Source: Callorhinchus milii (Eukaryota). From it: a stretch of 64,000 bases of DNA. The translations under genes were made by a program, and so were the position numbers. The stretch covers positions 124,870,001 through 124,934,000 of the forward strand of contig NW_024704742.1 of NCBI RefSeq assembly GCF_018977255.1. The letters are read 5' to 3'. Below, one piece after another: positions 22,534 to 34,729 of this stretch. The notes beneath the pieces are model-generated. The model was not told the origin of the DNA and searched no databases. It saw only the letters and a program-made list of their open reading frames with translations. The stretch's first letter is position 1; each line of letters starts with the position of its first letter.

Positions 22534-23824
22534 CAATAACAGCAACAAAATTATATTTGCATAACACCATTTACATGGGGAGAATGTCCCAAGGCGCTGG
22601 ACAATCAGTGTTTCGGACCCGAACTGGGGGTCGGGATTGGGGAGAGTGGAGGGCAGAGGGGGAAGCAGGGTAATTGAAAGCACGGTCGAAGAGGAGAATC
22701 TTGAGATAGGTTTTGAAGGAGGCAAGGGAGGGGGAGAGACGGAGGGACTGTGGGATGGAGTTCCAGAGGATGGGGGCAGAGTGGCAGAAGGCCTGCCCAC
22801 TAGTGGTGGGGTGGACAAGACGGGAGACATGAAGCAGACCGGAGCCCGCTAAGTGGAGAGAGCGGGCAGGATGGTAGCGGTTTTGGAGATCGCAGAGATT
22901 GGGGGAGCAAGGTCATGGAGGGCTTTGAAGATGAGGATCAGGATCTTGAACTGTATCCTCTGTGTGATGGAAAGCCAGTGGAGTCGTGTGAGGATGGTGT
23001 TGTTAGAGTCACGTAGCCTGGTGCAGGAGAGGAGATGGGATCCAGAATTCTGGATGATCTGCAACCTATGGAGGGAGGAGTTGAGGAGGCTGACAAGCAG
23101 GGAATTTGAATAGTCATGCCTGGATGTTATGAATGCGTGTATGAAGGTTTCAGCAGCCTGCAGTGTGATACAGTGGTGGAGCTGGCCGATATTGCGGAAG
23201 TTGGGGAAGGCAGAGCAGGGTATGACACGGATGTGGGGTAGAAAGGATAGTGGAGGGTCAAACAAGACATCAAGGTTCCAGACTGGTGTATGCATCCATG
23301 AATGGTGATGCTGTCAGTGCCTGAGGTATGGAGGCGCTGATGGGAGCCAATCAGGAGGGCCTCAGTCTTATTGTCGTTCAACCAAAGAAAGTTAGCTTTC
23401 ATCCAGGACTTGATGTCTGACAGACATTCTGTCAGGACAGCAGTGTTCCTGGAGTCAAGGGTGGAGGTTGAGTTGGGTGTCATCCGCATACATGTGGAAA
23501 TTGACCACATTGTTTGTGGGTGATGTCACCAAGAGGGAGCATATAGATGTTGGAGGGGACCAAGGACAGAGCCCTGAGGAACGCCGCATGAGACTGTGTG
23601 GGGGATAGAGGAGAAAGTGTTTGTGGAGATGAAGTGGAGGCAGTGTGAGAGGTAATATCTGAACCATTCAAGGACAGAACCGTGAAAGTTGAGGTGAGAG
23701 GAGAGGCGGTGGATGAGGATAGCGTGGTCAATGGTGTCGAAGGCAGCAGAGAGATCAAGGAGGACGAGGTGGCAGAGGGAGCCCTGTCGCAGATGGACAA
23801 GATGTCATTTGTCATTTTGACCAA
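22534..23824 (-). mobile_element. L2 LINE, 5'-truncated RT pseudogene
   Basis: VKMTNDILSICD, NFHMYADDTQL, CLSDIKSWMKANFL, IHAFITSRHDYSNSLL, RLHWLSITQRIQFKIL. Confidence 0.93.
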
Positions 23825-23883
23825 TATATAGTTTTAGTGGAGGCGTTAACATTGGCAGAGTCTTGATGGGCTGAATATAACGA

Positions 23884-24085
23884 TAACAACAACTTGCACT
23901 TATATAGCGCCCTCCACACACCAGCGTAGCGTCTCAGAGAACTTAAGAGAGGCGGAGCATGACTCCGAGCCAGGTAAGGGAGGGAGGTGAGCATAAGCAC
24001 GGTCGAAAAGGAAGAATTTCAGGTGGGACTTGAAAAGGGAGAGAGAGGGGGTAAGGTGGAGAGTGTTCGGGGCATAGTAGTGGCT
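23884..24085 (-). mobile_element. L2 lineage B 3' end
   Basis: AACAACTTGCACTTATATAGCGCCCTCC...AGCGTCTCAGAG, similar to 39757 copy. Confidence 0.75.
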
Positions 24086-24675
24086 GAATGGCTTTTATCT
24101 GTGCTCAAAATCCTTTCATTCTACTTATTAAAATGAATGCTGTGTATTTCTTAAAATGTGTAATCTGAAGCTTGTGGTGAGAGCTGGGAAAGCTAAAGTT
24201 GCGGAAGACATGGATGAGAGTTTTGGCTGCATTACGGTGAGGTAAGTGACATTTTATCATCTTTTCAAGGATTAAGTGGGATCCACTTTCCAAAGTGATC
24301 TTCTCAGTGCTTGCTTGGGTTTAATACATGTGCTGATTGGTAACCGGAATTGATAATAATCCCTCCTGCCAGTGACTGTAAATGTATCACTTGGATTTCA
24401 GCCATTTTCAGAGTGCAGTCACCACAGTTAAAATACTGCATTTCTAGTTACCAAAAGGACTTGCTGTTATAGATGTTATTACTGATTCCCACTAAGAATT
24501 GCCACATAGCAGAGTCCAGTGTATAGTGTTGAAAACAAACTATGTAGGACTTTAAAAGAGAAGATAATTAACTGCAGAACAATGAATCCTGACTCTCATG
24601 TGTTGATGTGCCTTGTTGGAATTGCAGGGCTGTTGTTGGAGTAATCACTGGTGATAACTATCCTGTTCTCTCCAG

Positions 24676-24717
24676 AGTTCCACCGGAACAACAAAAGGAT
24701 GCTCAGTGCTTTCAACG
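24676..24717 (+). other. Candidate 42-nt internal exon
   Basis: Acceptor TCCTGTTCTCTCCAG|, donor ACG|GTAAGC; length divisible by 3; no stop in any frame; product not recognised. Confidence 0.3.
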
Positions 24718-24924
24718 GTAAGCTATGCGGTTTAGCTGGTCAGATTCCAGCAGTACCCCAACACACACTCTGAGGTCCCCAAGTCTTTGCCAATGCCAGC
24801 CTGTGACTTATACGCCCACAAAAATATACAGTCAATTCACTTCTGTGAAGTTGCTTTGAGATTATATGATGACACTTTATATCAAAGGCTTCATATCAAA
24901 AGGATTATTTATTTATTATTAATA

Positions 24925-25105
24925 CTGTCTGGAATTAGGTAACTAGGATGCGACCCTCCAGGGAGAGAGTCCGCATTCCATGCTAATGTATATCTCTGGA
25001 ATTTCCATGTATAGGTGGGATACATGGAACCTCCAAGAGGTTTGGATATGCTTGAGCAGGGCGATGGGTTTCTGCATGTGTCAGACACCCAGCTGATCCC
25101 AAAAT
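24925..25105 (-). repeat. Unclassified repeat, same family as 18665-19097
   Basis: rc ...TTCCATGTATCCCACCTATACATGGAAATTCCAGAGA...CTCTCTCCCTGGAGGG...TTACCTAATTCCAG. Confidence 0.75.
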
Positions 25106-25182
25106 AGACTAACTAAAGGATAAAAAGAGATAAATGGATAATTACAGCTGACAGTTTTCAATAAAACAGCACAATTTATAAC

Positions 25183-26075
25183 ATAACATGTAGGAGCAGG
25201 AGTAGACCATTCGGCCCTTTGAGCCTGCCCCGCCATTCAATCATGGCTGATCTTCTAATCTAACACCAGCTAATAACCTGACCCTGCCTTATCCCCATAT
25301 CCCTTAGTCCCTTTTGCAATAAGAAATATATCTATCTCAGTCTTGAATATGTTCAAGGACTGAGCATCAACAGCCCTTTGGGGTAGCGAGTTCCATACAT
25401 TCACCACCCTTTGAGTGAAGAAGTTCTTCCTCAACTCAGTGCGAAAGGGCTGTCTCTGATTTTAAGGTTGTGACCCCTGGTTTTAGTTTCTCCAACCAGG
25501 GGAAACAATCTCCCACTATATACTCTATCATGCCCTTTGATGATCTTATAGGTTTCTATAAGATCCCCTCTAATTCTTCTATATTCTAGAGAATATAGGC
25601 CCAAATTGGTCAGCCTATCCTCGTAACTCATCCCCTTCATCCCTGGTACTAACCTAGTAAATCTATGCTGCACCCCCTCCAAGGCAAGTATGTCCTTCCT
25701 TAAATGAGGAGACCAAAACTGGATGCAGTATTCCAGGTGTGGTCTGACCAGGGTCCTATACAGTTGCAGCAAGACTTCCCTACTCTTATACTCTAATCCT
25801 TTCATAATGAATGCTAACATACCGTTCGCCTTCCTAATTGCTGCTGCACCTGCAGACTAACTTTCTGTGATTAATGCACAAGGATACCCAAGTCCCTCTG
25901 GACGCTAACACATTCCAATCTCTCCCCTTCTAAAAAGTAACCCGCTTTACTGTTTTTGCTACCTAGGTGGATGACTTCACACTTCCCTACATTATACTTC
26001 ATCTGCCACCTACCTGCCCAATCACCTAACCTATCTATGTCTTGCTGCATTTTTTAATGTCATCCTCTGTGTTGA
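25183..26075 (-). mobile_element. CR1 LINE, 3' part of ORF2 plus 3' UTR
   Basis: GLEYKSREVLLQLYRTLVRPHLEYCIQFWSPHLRKDILALEGVQHRFTRL...RRIRGDLIETYKII...TRGHNLK. Confidence 0.95.
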
Positions 26076-26094
26076 CACTTCCTCCTCTTTTTGT

Positions 26095-26308
26095 TCCATG
26101 GGATTTTTAACTTCTACCTGAGCAAGCAGATGGATCCTTAGTTTAAAATCTCATCGGACAGATGGCATCTCCAACAATGCAACTCTCCCCCAGCACTGCA
26201 TTGTAGTGTCAGTCTATGTTACGTGAGTTTAAAGTTCCAGTATGGGGCTTGAAGTCACAACTTTCTGACTCAGAGCTAGGAGTGCTAACAACCGAGTCAG
26301 GCTGACAC
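26095..26308 (-). mobile_element. Old DeuSINE-like SINE, 5' part
   Basis: CCATGGGATTTTTAAC...CTGAGCAAGCAGATGG; head ending CAGGCTGACA. Confidence 0.8.
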
Positions 26309-27124
26309 AGTAAAATTATAGGTAGAAAATGGCGAATGTTATGCTGGTTGGGGGGGGGAGAAAAAATTTGCCGCTTCAGCGAGAATTCCATCATTGAATT
26401 TGCTGCGTAAATTCATCCAGTCTTTTCTTTTAACAAGATGCTGAAAAATTTGAGAAAGATAGGGCTAAGAACTCATTCAGAGTGAGATGCGAAAAATCAA
26501 AATGCATCCGAGGTCAGCAGCGAGGTTAGATGCATTGAGTGTGTAATGAGGGGGAGGCTGTGGAGCAGTCATCATCTTTATACTGACAGGAGAGCAGTTT
26601 ACTGACTTGGCATACTAACAAATGGAAAGGAAAAGTCTGGGGTGAGATGTAAATTCCTGCTTTGGTCCCTAATGAATACAATGTCTCCTGGATGCTGTTC
26701 AATGGGCTGTATAATAAGATTCCTCTTGGACTGAATGACAAAGTAGGCTAAGCTCCTGTTAGCTGGCTAGGTGGGTTGAAAAAAATAGATGATTGCTGAT
26801 TAATACGAAATGCTACACAGGAAAAAAAGACTTTTAAATGGACTTTGGCAATGCCTTCACATGGCATCTTTATTTTACTCGATTATGCATATGACACACA
26901 TTTGTCTGTGAGGCACATTTTGTGCTGTATGTTTTAAAGTGAATAATTTAATCAAAACATCCAAGTAAATCAATGGACCCATTAAATGAGACTGGTCGGC
27001 AAAATGTACAGTGGTACAGTTATTTTATGTTTTCCTTTGATTTCTTAAAATCACGTTTTTTGCAATTGAAATAATGTGATCTCTCTCCAAGTTGGGTGAT
27101 GTTTCTTCCATTGTTCCACATATT

Positions 27125-27470
27125 AGAGTCTTGTAGCTCAGAGGTTAGAGCACTTACCTCATGAGCGAGAGGACTTGGGTTTGATTCCCAACAGGGTAAA
27201 ATGTTGGGCAAGTTTCTTTACTCCACACACCTCTGTTTACCTAGCAGTAAATAGGAACCCAGTTCTTAGTCAAACGGTGGATTGTTTTTCCGGGGATAAT
27301 AATCCTTCAAAAAAAATAATTTGGTCACTCAATCCACGACTGTTTGTGGGATATTGCGGTGCGCAATTGGCTGCTGCGTTTTGCCCACAAAATACAGTTA
27401 ATTCAGTTTACAGTATATTTTGTCAAGCGCTTTGAGAAATCTAGAAGACGTAAAAAGCACTATATCAAAT
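27125..27470 (+). mobile_element. tRNA-Ala-like SINE, long variant with 62-bp middle segment
   Basis: Extra CTGTTTACCTAGCAGTAAATAGGAACC...TTTTCCGGG (27233-27294) absent from young copies. Confidence 0.9.
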
Positions 27471-27484
27471 TATATCTGTAAAAT

Positions 27485-27900
27485 AATAATAATAATCCTT
27501 ACATGTGATATAATGCCCTTCATATAAGGAGGACATTACAAAGTGCTTTGCAGGATATAATGTAAAGTATACTGTAGTGACATTGTATTTTGTGGGCATA
27601 TGTAATAGCCAATTTGCACACATCAATGTCTATCCCACGAACAACCATGCAATGAATGACCAATTTTATCTGGGGGATTTATTGATGGCCAGAACACTGG
27701 GAGAAACTCCCTTTCTTTTTTTGAACAATGCCATGGGATCTTTAATGTCCACCTGAGCAGGCAGAGGGGCCCATGGTTTAACATCTCATCCAAAGGACAG
27801 CACCTTCAACATTGCAGCACAACCCCAGTGCTGCATTGGAGTGTCAGCCTAGAATATGTGAATTCCAATTCCTTGATAAGGGGCTTAAACCCTCCACCTT
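27485..27900 (-). mobile_element. Old DeuSINE-like SINE
   Basis: Tail, GCCATGGGATCTTTAATGTCCACCTGAGCAGGCAG, GGTTTAACATCTCATCC. Confidence 0.85.
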
Positions 27901-28840
27901 CAGACATGGGGTTAACTTCCACATGTATGAGGATGACATCCATCTCTATCTCTCTGCCTCCACACTCGATTCCAGGACCACTGCTGTTCTGTTGTTTGTT
28001 GGACATCAAGTGCTGAGTGAAAGCTAACTTTCTACAGTTGAATACTGACAAGACAGAGGTTGTCCAGCTTGGCTCCCATCAACGCCTTCTGACCTCAGGC
28101 ATTAACAGCATCAATTCTATACAGATGTGCACTCCAACTCATAGAGTCAGTCCGGAACCTCTTGTTTTGTTTGGGTGTCCTTTTAACTCCGTGCACTGAC
28201 CTGTTAAATTTTCTCCCACTTCTGCAACATTACCCACTTCTGCCCCTGTCTCTCACCTCAGGCCACCAAAACTCTTACCCATGCTTTTATCACATTCAGG
28301 ATTGATTACACCAACTCTGTTTACTGGACTTCCCAACTCTTCCCTCCACAAGCTGCAGACGATCAATAACTCTGCAGCTTGTGTCCACTTTTGCAATAGG
28401 CTCCGTGAGCCTATCACCCTCATCTTTGTTTGGCTCCACTGACTCCTATACCCCAGAGGATCAAGTTCAATATCCTCATCCTTAAGTTAACTCACTTCAC
28501 GTTCTTGCTCCACCCTATCTCTGTGACTTCCTAAAACCCTACCAACCCACCCTCTATCTTCGCTCATAGGCCTGCTTCATGTCCCCTGCCCTGCCTGCCC
28601 CACCCTTGGTGGTCAAGTTTTCAGCTTTTCTGCTTCACTTTCTGGAACTCCATCTGGAGATTCCCTTCATCCATCTAAAGACCTTCCTCTTTGCTTGCAC
28701 CTTCAGTCATCTTCCCCTCTCCCCTGAGCCCCCTTGGCCCTTATCCTTCCAAAATCCAAACCCCAGCTGGGATGCAAATGTTTGACTGTCCAGCATCTTC
28801 CCAAGGTGAAAGGCACTATATAAATGCTATTTTGTTGTTG
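27901..28840 (+). mobile_element. L2 LINE, degraded, starting just upstream of YADD
   Basis: HGVNFHMYEDD, KANFLQLNTDKTE, (TTG)n tail. Confidence 0.88.
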
Positions 28841-29399
28841 CTCACTGAAAATTGTCTTAGTTCCTCTAGTCTCTCATTTACTCATTTACCCTTAAAGCAG
28901 TATTTGGTATGAGGATAATATTCTGAAAAGCACAACATTAACTATAGTTGATGTGCTTTTTTAATGCAACATTTAGTGTTAGGAATCTCTCCTCTATATT
29001 CAGTTTGTAACAAATAAATAACTTCACCAAACTTACACAGCAAACCTTACTGCCAACAATATCAAGGTTGCAGCTGCAGTGTAATCTGGGTTTATTGAGT
29101 GATTGGGAGTGCCTGAAGGCAAGTTACTCAGGCAAGAAAGAGACGAGTGTTACATGATGTGTTTGTACTGGTACGGTACACTATGCACTGAAGGCAAAGG
29201 ACCTGAAGGCATTTCCACTGGTCGGTAAACTTACAGATCCTGGCATCATGTTTCACAATGGGATTTTCCTAATTTCTCGGCTGAGAAAAGGCCCAATAAG
29301 TCTAACAAAAGGTCAGGAAACAGACCTTTTTGGGGGTTTGGGATCATGAGATATTTTTTGAACCCTTTAGCAATGCCCACAATTTCATTCTCATACTAA

Positions 29400-29712
29400 G
29401 GAGTACTGTAACTCAATGGTAAGAGCACTCGCCTTGCAAGCGAGAGAACTGAGTTTGATTCCTGGCAGGAAGAAACCTTGGGCACGTTTCCTTACTCCAC
29501 ACGCCTGATAATAATCGGTCAAGAAAAAAAACAATAATAAAATTGGTCACTTCAATCCACGACTGTTTGTGGGACACTGCTGTGCGCAATTGGCTGCCGT
29601 GTTTCGCCCATAAATATACAGTCAATTCACTTTACAATATAATCGGTGAAGCGCTTTGAGACATCTGGAAGACATGAAAAGCGCTATATCAACTGCAAAG
29701 ATTATTATCATT
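29400..29712 (+). mobile_element. Young tRNA-Ala-like SINE
   Basis: Colinear with 11271 copy. Confidence 0.92.
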
Positions 29713-30245
29713 AAGATTCCGAGATTCTGAGAGGATTCGATAAAACAGATGTTGTTTGGCTGTTTCCATTTATTGGTGAGCCTGAAACTACAGCACATAA
29801 CTAAAATAACTAGCAGTACTGTAGTAATTACAATAATAATAATACTAGCTCTAATTAGGGAGTTTAGGAGGAACTTTTTCATACAGAGGGTGTTGAGAAT
29901 GTGCAATTCATTGTCGGAAGCTGTGGATGAAGCAAATAGTATTGATGTATTTAAGGGTAAACCTAATCTATACATGAGGGAGAAGGAAATAAAGGATGTA
30001 GGAAAGGGGAATAGGAGAGGTGGGGTCTCAGGTGAAGTATAAGCACTAGCACAGAACAGTTGGGCTGAATGGCCTGCTTCCACACCATATCACTCTGTTA
30101 GCTTTCAAAAGAGAACTAGATAGATACCTAAAAAGGAGGATTATGGGGAATAGGCGGATAAATGAATTGATCTTGAAAAGAGCCAACGTAAACACAATGG
30201 GCTGAATGGCCTTCTACTGTGCTTTAAATTTATTTGGTTCTATGT
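29713..30245 (+). mobile_element. CR1 3' fragments (at least two 3' ends)
   Basis: REFRRNFFIQRVLRMCNSL...VDEANSIDVFKGK; two TGGGCTGAATGGCCT motifs. Confidence 0.8.
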
Positions 30246-30285
30246 AATGCTGCTCAAATGCTCCAATACGTGACCCCACAAGAAG

Positions 30286-30533
30286 CAGGGGTGGACTGGC
30301 TATATGTGAAATTAGGAAATTTCCCATGTACCTCCAAGAAAGGTTCCCGAAAACCCCTGTGATTGGCTCCCGATGCTTACCATCCTGTAGAGCCTAGTTT
30401 AGAAGTTCAATTTAAGCCTTGACAAAGTTTTTAAATGTCCGGAGGTGATATACCGAATTGGCGCCCCCGACAAAATGGCACCCCCATTTTACCTGATAAT
30501 CCCAAGCCCTTTCAGGGAGCCAGTCTGCCATTG
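30286..30533. mobile_element. MITE, same family as 5616-5943, opposite orientation
   Basis: CAGGGGTGGACTGGC...GCCAGTCTGCCATTG; internal GGAAATTTCCCA and GTGATTGGCTCCC match the rc of the 5616 copy. Confidence 0.65.
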
Positions 30534-33500
30534 GCGTAAAGAGTGCTATGTTGTTATGTAACTGGCAGTCGTGATTAACACAACATTATCTAGTTTGTGA
30601 ATACTTTATCTTAGACCTCAATAACTGTTAGGTACTGATTCTATCTTTCTCGGTTTACTAAATCAATAAAGTTGTCTTAGAGAACAGTTAACCAGATGTC
30701 AATACTCCTAGAACACACTATTCTTTCTTCACTTTCCTACTTCTCCCTAATTCCTTATTATAATTATTCTTCCTTCACTGGATAAACTGCGGAGAGAGAT
30801 ACGTTGTTGACGTTCACCAGATGCGTTTTTTTTTTCCCCAAAGCATTTTTGGGTGAATTTTGTACTCATCGAGATGAAGGATGTGCGTCCTGGGCAATGG
30901 TACTCTTCCCTGATTTGGGCTTCAAATGTCAGTGTTAAGCATTCTTAGATAAAATACTGCATGGCTTAAAAAAATTATTCCACCCCCCCACCTCCCTCCC
31001 GTCAATGTAAGAGAGCCTCAGAACTCTCTCAGTCCAACAATGTGAGATTTGCAGCTGTCCACATCAAACAACCTGTTACCTGTGAATGACCTTGCAAATG
31101 CCACATTAAGTATAAGCGTAGATAATAATAATATGATATGAACTGAAGATACAGTACACAGAACTGGTCAGTTCACAGAGACAGAAGCTCTGTTGACCTA
31201 TCTCGCTGCAGAAATCTAATGCCTTTTAAAAAAATAAATTGCCTCTCTTCTATTCTCCTCTTCTCTTGTATGCTCCTCCTCTTGTCTCTTTGCCTTTCCC
31301 CTTCTCTAGAGCATGTCTGATCCTCACTGAGGAGCATGGCCAATCTCCCCATCTTCACTATGGCATATGAAGCCTCATTTCATTGTAGATTATTCTTCCA
31401 TTGAAGGTCTAATTCCGCTGATCCTTGGTCAATGCAACATGAACCGACTCGGAAAGCTTTAATCTGTATTTCACTGGACTGCTAGTGCACTTAATCTGGA
31501 TCAGTGATTCAATCGCTTTTTAGTTCCATGCCTACAACCCCAGTTTTGATTAATCAATAAAGTAACATTTTATTTCACTGCAATGAAAAGAACATTGTCA
31601 ATATTTGCAAGGCATAACTGCATGGCCAACCACTTCAAAGGGAAGTCAGAAAATTAAACATTTTTGTTAAAAAACACATGAAGTAAAATAGTGATATTGG
31701 CTATTTTAGTCAGAAGCACCTCATAATTTACATGTAATTTCAAGAAAGAGTCACTGGTCTCTCACACACTCATGAAGTAAGCCCTAAAATATCCCTTGCA
31801 AATCACCAGGGATGCTCCAGTGTCTCACTTGTTTATGTTGTAGAACACTGCAATTCCTTTCATTTGCTCTCTGTCCCTCTCCTTGCTTTACCTCTCATCT
31901 TAATACGATAATGAGTTATAGCCTGCAGCATACCAGGCTATTACTATCACATTCATCCAGTTACATTATTGCAGTAAAATTGCTGTCCTTTTTTTAAAAA
32001 CATTTTACAAAAGTTCATATTTCTCAACATTAACATTAAATAACATTGTTGTTGTTATTGTTGTAGGCTTTTATCCATGTGAAATGTATTGCCAGTCATT
32101 CCAGTATTTAGATTGTAAGACCATTTTGTCTTAAAATTTTAGATCAAACTGTAGAAAATTGTTACATTTGGTCTAAATTTTTAAACATTATTTTATGAAC
32201 TGTGGAACGCCAACTTCCAAATTGAGGCTGTAATTACAAATTTTCCACAGTTTACGCAAACGTATATTTTAAGACAAAATGATCAACAAGCTGAATGAGT
32301 GTTTTAAGGTTTGTCGGGATGGGGAATTAAAGCAACTGATAATGTATCAGTCTATTTGTTTATATAGAGCAAAATTAACTGACACCGTAAAATTCCGTTA
32401 TAAAATATATCAAAATAGTTGAAAATTGGAATATTCAATGTGCGATAATCTCCTAATGTTGTTTCTGAATCACTTAAAAAAGTTTATTTTTGCTGCCAAT
32501 TTTTTCTCCTCCTAAATTTCTCCAACACTTCCTTAATTCTATACTTTCTTCTCACCATTAAAACCTGCCTTAAGATCTATCCTTTCATTTCATCCAATTC
32601 AGTAACTTAGGGTGCTGATGCCACACCATCTTGCATTTATATAACGACATTCACGTAGAATAACATCTTGGAGCATTTTACTGTAGTGGGGTTGGACACC
32701 GAGCAAGGGAGAAGAGGGAGGAGAAGGTGACCATAGGCCAAAAAGATTAAAGGCAGAGTTCCAGAGATTAGGGGTGTTGTCCAGTTGAAACCAAGCATTT
32801 GAAGATTTGAACCCTCCACCTTCTGTGTCTGTTTGGCTTAGTATTGTAGGTGCCTTTACTCACAAGACCATTTAGAGGAGTGAATGAAAGCTCCTGAATA
32901 TTGAACATGTGGGGTTAATCATCCCTGTAGGAATAAGAGTTTAGGAGTCATGTAGGAGTCAAATCATCCCTGGCTCAGATTTGAAATAACACACTTGAGT
33001 TAAGCCTTGCATCAATGAATGCTTTTATGTGTTCGACCAACTACTCACACAGCATAATGCAAAAGGCAGAACACTGCAGACTTCTGAGGTTTAGTTTCAT
33101 TAACAAAACTGCTGCGTAGTTTCCATGGAAACGTTTTTAATGTAAACTCTGGAGGTACTTGTACCACATCAGCACAGGCGTAAAGCTGGCACAAACCACT
33201 AGGTGGTAGGAGATATCTTTCCAACAACAAGTCCAAATTTCACACACTCAGCAGTTTCTAACAGATCCTTTGTATTGTCACAAAATGTTCCACTAACCCT
33301 ACAGTTGAATCAAAATAAACTACAGTAACATATGAACATACAAGGTTTGCACAACATCATATATATTGTTTAATTGAACACCAACCACAGAGCTCATGGA
33401 TAAGGATATTGCTTCTACCACAGTCCCAGCTCTACACCAGGTATTTGAATAGATTCATCGGGAGCAAACAGAGAGAAATTGTGGGCAAATACTGAATCTA

Positions 33501-33856
33501 TTTGCTGATAGAAATGTATTTCAGTTTGTGATTAGATTGATGGATACACACACATATACAATTAATGTAAAAAGGTATCTCGTCGATTTGTAAATATGCA
33601 AGATTGGAAATATACCACAATTATGCAGAAATTTAGTGATTTGCAAACCAGGTTTGTTGCATTACCTGCAATTTCTGGTTGACGAGAATCACGGTAAAAT
33701 CCACAGCCCATGAATCCCAAATTTCAAGTCAACAAGGTCTGAGGAACACTAGTGAGAAAAACGCTGCAAATTTTTTAACCTGGAAATTGCAAACTGGAAG
33801 TTGCAGATTTCACAATCCGTTTTGTGAATATCACAAATGAAGTCCCGATGTCCTTG

Positions 33857-34729
33857 ATTGGGGTCAATTTTCACATGTATGCAGATGGTACCCAACTCTA
33901 TCTCTCTGCCTCCACCCTTGACTTCAGGACCACTGCTGTCCTGACAGAATGTTTGTCAGACATCAAGTCCTGGATGAAAGCTAACTTTCTACAGTTGAAC
34001 GTCAACAAGACCGAGGCTCTCCTGATTGGCTCCCGTTAGTGCCTTCACATCTCAGGTGCTGACAGCATCACCATACAAGGATGCACACTACACCTTACTG
34101 AGCCAGCCTGGAACCTTGGCGTCTTGTTTGACCCTCAACTATCCTTTCTACCCCACATCTGTGTCATGTCCTACTCTGCCTTCCCCCACCTCTGCACCAT
34201 CACCCTGCTCCATCACCGTCTCACATCACAGACTTGAGAGCCTCATACACGCATTCGTAACATCCAGGTTTGACTCTGCAAACTCTCTGCTTGTGGCCTC
34301 CCCAACTCCTCCCTCCATAGGCTGCAGATCATCCAGAACTCTGTACCCTGTGTCATCTCCAGGCTCCGTGACCCTATCACCCCCATCCTCGCCTGATTCC
34401 ACTGGCTCCCCATCATGCAGAGGATACAGTTCAAGATCCTGGTCCTCACCTTTAAAGCCCTCCATGACTTTGCACCCCCCCTAAATCTGCCCCTTCCGTT
34501 CAGCGGGCTCCGCCCTCCTTCAAGACCCATCTCAAGACCCTCCTCTTCGATCATACCTTCGGTCACCCTCCTTCCCCAGCTCGGATCTGAAACACTGATT
34601 TGCCTGGCCTTGGGACATCCTCCCAACTTGAAAGGTGCTATACAAATGTAATTTTGTTGTTGTTATTATTAAGCGTTCCAGGACACTATCCCACTTGAAG
34701 GGCACTATATAAATGCAAGTTGTTGTTGT
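33857..34729 (+). mobile_element. L2 LINE fragment followed by a second, different L2 tail (34669-34729)
   Basis: GVNFHMYADGTQL, CLSDIKSWMKANFLQLN, QRIQFKILVL; two consecutive stem-loop/(TTG)n ends. Confidence 0.9.

Noticed and set aside
27901..33890. Two L2 copies truncated just upstream of YADD (27901, 33857)
   Set aside because: Two cases only; other copies end elsewhere, so no hotspot can be claimed
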